The notes under the pieces were generated by a model, which was given only the letters and a program-made list of their open reading frames with translations, made no database searches and was not told where the DNA came from. A stretch of 64,000 nt of DNA. It comes from Amoebidium appalachense. Lineage: Eukaryota; Protista; Ichthyosporea. The position numbers and the translations under genes were made by a program. Below, piece after piece: positions 60,123-64,000 of the stretch. The stretch's first letter is position 1. Each line of letters starts with the position of its first letter. The DNA lies in assembly GCA_963693365.1 (NCBI GenBank), contig CAVNZM010000011.1, positions 1,426,001 to 1,490,000 of the forward strand, read 5' to 3'.

Positions 60123-60781
60123 CGCGCTGTAAGTCTTTGCGCACTGCCTGCCTGTGCACGTGCTCTGACACTATTTTAACCCTTCTTGTGCCTTACTGCA
60201 TTTGTCCTTGCAATTGGTCACGGTTGATGTTGATGGGCATGGCATCGGCTGCTTTCTAACCAGGTGCACTTGTGGGTTTGCCCCAGTCGGTGAGTCCCAG
60301 CGTTATAGTTTGTGTGTACTGCTTGCACGCGTACTTGCTTGGCACCCTTCTAACCCATCCGGTGCTTACTGTGTGTTGTCGTATGTACAGTTGAAGTTCA
60401 ATGGCACTCCACGGCTGCGTCACTGAGGAGTTTTGCTCCCAAAGTCCCAAAGAATACTTGGGCCAAACCAATGCAAGCAAATGCCAATTGCGTTCTCGTG
60501 GCACCCAGTGACCGGTTTCGTGAGTGACATATGAATACTGTTGGTAGCTGGTCGTATGTGTGTACACGGTGCTGCAATACCATGGTGTAACGATACATGA
60601 GCTTCTGGGAGTATTTTTAGCAACATTCTTGAATATTTGTGTATACATCGCGAGCACACTTGAGGCTTGGTGAGCATCACATGATACTCAACATTATTGT
60701 ATAGGCTGTTAGCTAAGGATGTTCTATCTTACTCTGGCCAAGCGTGCAGCTTCGGCACAACCCAATGGCTTTTTGGTCGAA
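60123..60781 (-). CDS. Micro-exon cluster of an uncharacterised gene (possibly the 5' part of the 45.6-57 kb gene)
   Basis: Phase-compatible exons 60733-60781, 60647-60665, 60581-60604, 60513-60537, 60370-60422, 60197-60255 and 60123-60151 read RPKSHWVVPKLHAWPDLKCARDKLMYRYTMYSYVTHETVTQPWSAIELQLYIRQHTKAADAMPININRDQLQGQMQQAVRKDLQR. Hand-chained, without homology support. Confidence 0.45.
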
Positions 60782-61799
60782 CTATGTTTTCTTGGCACAG
60801 TCTAACTTTCCCTTTTGGTTTGTTTTACAGGGCGGAAATAAAACTGACCAAGACCAACACGCTGTCGGAGCTCAAAAGGTGTGTAGCAATTTCTGAGATT
60901 CACTCTCCTGCACACCTTTGGCAGTTGTTGATTATTCCGACCCGTTCGTGCATACGGGAATAGCAGGCCCCTGTTTCCATGCGCGCGCGCACACACACAC
61001 ACGCTGTGGCACACAGACACACGCGGTGTGACAAACGTCACTGCACTGTTGCAGACGGTGCCCAGTATTCAAGGGGGAGGGCGGGGGGGGAGGAGGGGGA
61101 GGGGGAGGTTCTTAGAAGGTGGTGAGAGGGGGGAAGGGGTGAGAGAGAGAGAGAGAGAGAGAATACCAGACGCTGAAGGATAGCAGAGTCTGTATGTATG
61201 TCACTCACAACTTGCCTTATGTAAGTACTTGAATCAAACGCATACCATGGTGTACAGTTACTGGGCCAGGCAGACACAACCCCACAGTCACCGCAAAACG
61301 TGACTGTAACCCTATTGACATGCCTCGTGGGTAATAGCCAGCATTATCATATGATCATGACGAAGTCAAGCTGTCCGGTCCGCTTCCATGTTTCATAAGG
61401 GTAACGGCATGTATGCCTGTTGGTTCTGCAGACTGACAACTCCCCTTACTCCCAGGGCCACTCCCGAGTCCTTCAAAGAGGCGCTTGTCGAACCCAATGA
61501 CATCTATTATGTGGTAGGCATGCCTAATAACACACATCCATCACAAAGTTTCATGGTTTGGCGTCCATCCATTATCATCATCAAATTCTGTTACTCCCCC
61601 CTCTTTCTGCCTTTATCTGCTGTGAGCATGCTTGCGTGAGGCTGTGAGTCTTTCAACGGCTGGAAATATGCACACATTCACATGCAATATAGGTCAGATA
61701 GACATTCGTCGTAAGCAAAGCATGTGAAGAACCGCTCGGTGTTTAGAGAGATTACTAACGTCACACCACACACACCAACCATCTCTTTCAAAATAGTCC

Positions 61800-61835
<36 letters not shown>

Positions 61836-62257
61836 TCTCGCGGTGCCCACCCATCCATCCCACCCACCCACCACCCAAAAGAAGAAACCATCTGCGGGCA
61901 CCACCGCAATCACATCTTTTTCCATAACACCCATTCCTTCCTCCAGTACATACCAATCACTTTACCCTGCCCGGGTTCATCAGCATTTCCTGTGGCTCTT
62001 CTGTTTGCCATCCACCCACAGCCCTTGGTCTCACATTGAAACCTGTGTACCTTTTAACACTCGCACAAAAAAGCGTGCACATGCTGGAAGCCCTTTTACA
62101 TACAGATTCTCCCCTCCCCCCAGCCCCCCCCCCCCCCCCCCCTTTCCTTCCCCCCTCCCCCCCCCCCCCCCCTTCCCCTCCCCCCCCCCAAAAAAAAAGG
62201 AAACACTGGATTTCTAATCCCCCCCCCCCCCCCCCCCCGGCCCAAAAAAAAAAAAAG

Positions 62258-62875
62258 ACGGTCAAGGCAAACATCAAGTATCCTGTGAAGGCGCTTAGCT
62301 GGGCCTGGATCTATCACCAATCAAAAAGTGTGGCTGAACTCGCCGATCTGGTTACAAGTATGAAAACCCCTTTCATCCCGTCCCTTTCAATTCTCATACC
62401 CTTATCCCAAACCCCCTCCCCCCTCCCCCCTCCCCCCCCCCCTTCCCCCCCTCCCCCTTCCCCTCCCCCCTCCCCCTTCCCCTCCCCTCTCCCCCGGCCC
62501 CTCCCCCTCCTCCCCCTCCCCCCTAAATGCTTGGCCAATACGAGATCAAACAAAAATGTATTGAATGGAAAGGAGTATATCGAAACCAAGGCGTTGGGAA
62601 TTTATGAAGAATAACCCCCCCGCCTCCTTCCCTCCCGTGCTCACTGTGCATCTTGCCCTCATCCTAAATTGAAAGATTATTGAAAGTCAATGAGCGAACC
62701 CCACATAAAGAGCCTGCAAAGATTCTATCACTCCACCTGGGGTTCCCGTAGCTGACAAACAAGAAAAATACTGCAAATCCATACACACATACACACAGCA
62801 ACATATGTGCACACACCCAGACACGTCGCACGTGCACACAATGTGGCACACAAACACACTCACCCAACATGGCAG

Positions 62876-62934
<59 letters not shown>

Positions 62935-62972
62935 GAGAGAGAGAGCGAGCGCGCGACACACACACAAGCCCA

Positions 62973-63046
<74 letters not shown>

Positions 63047-63080
63047 TCCCCCCACCTTTATCCCCGCCCCCCCCCCCCCC

Positions 63081-63112
<32 letters not shown>

Positions 63113-63347
63113 AAAAGTCGCACACACAAAAACACCTTAACAAGCACCCGTATTACACTGTTTAGCATGACTACTGTTTCTGATTTTATCTAACCGATCC
63201 GATTTTGGGGTCTGATGAGAGCAGGTGGGAGATTTACCGACGACGACTATCTCAAGCAGAATGGATATATCGTGCATCGCAAAATTGTGGGGGATCTGCC
63301 CGTTGGCAAGATGAAGCTGGTGTCCCCCCCACGGTCATTCTCACAGG
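62258..63347 (+). CDS. Candidate exons of an unidentified gene (partial)
   Basis: Open, non-repetitive segments ending at donors: [33 protein letters not shown]|gtatga and [40 protein letters not shown]|gtgggt. Strand assignment uncertain. Confidence 0.3.
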
Positions 63348-63426
63348 TGGGTACGCGGCGCCTTATACTAGTGTGTAGTGTGTGTGTGCCTTTGTATGCA
63401 ATGAATACTTCCACATCTCTATCTCT

Positions 63427-63467
<41 letters not shown>

Positions 63468-63811
63468 GGGAGAGAGGGAGAGTGAGAAGGGGGGGCGGGG
63501 GAGGGGGGGGAGGGGGGAGGGGTGCTGTTGGAGTGCTTTCGAAATGAGAAGACCCAGAGCAGCTGTTTTCCTTTTTTCCTTTTTTTTTTGCTTTTCTGCC
63601 CCTTTTTTTGTCTTCTTTGACTTTCTTTCTCTCTTCCTTTTTGGCGGGTGTGTGTAGGTGTGTGTGCGCGTGCAGGTGTGTGTGTGTGTGTGCGTGCGTG
63701 CGTGCTTTCGTGCGTGCGTTCGTGCGTGCGTGCGTGCGTGTGTGTGTGTGCGCGCGCGTGCGCGCGCGAGCGCGCGCGCACGTCCGTGCGTGCGCGTGTG
63801 TGTGTGGGGGG

Positions 63812-63848
<37 letters not shown>

Positions 63849-64000
63849 GGAGGTTTCAAGGTGGTTAGCTTTGTCTTCCTATTCACTCAGGGCACCGCAT
63901 TCTAACCCCCCCCCCTCCCCCCCTCCCCCCCACACCCACCCACCCACCCACCCACCCCGCCCCCCGCACCCCATCCCGACCCCCACACCTCCCCTCCTTC

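Overview
Eukaryotic, intron-rich, microsatellite- and poly-C/poly-G-saturated genomic DNA. The gene content suggests a unicellular holozoan or similar protist, but this is inference only. Most ORF-track entries are low-complexity artefacts. Real genes, chained by hand through phase-compatible GT-AG exons: (1) a partial minus-strand EGF-repeat/mucin-like extracellular protein (86-4600); (2) a plus-strand PKA-like AGC kinase (~7180-15386); (3) an intronless minus-strand NXPE/PC-esterase-like SGNH type II membrane protein (17986-19959); (4) a 14-exon minus-strand BT1 folate/biopterin transporter (24762-30500); (5) a long uncharacterised minus-strand, micro-exon-rich gene or genes (~45.6-60.8 kb). 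There is also a sulfotransferase-motif exon. Mobile DNA: five 5'-truncated copies of a non-coding non-LTR-type retroelement whose 3' end abuts an A-C(n) tract wherever intact, one inserted in the mucin exon with a perfect 17-bp TSD; a TTAA-flanked Kolobok-type MITE; a hAT-like MITE; two LTR-like segments sharing a direct-repeat-flanked hairpin cassette that recurs a third time; a phased palindrome array; and a 70-bp minisatellite. Homopolymer lengths are probably unreliable, so frame calls across them are tentative.
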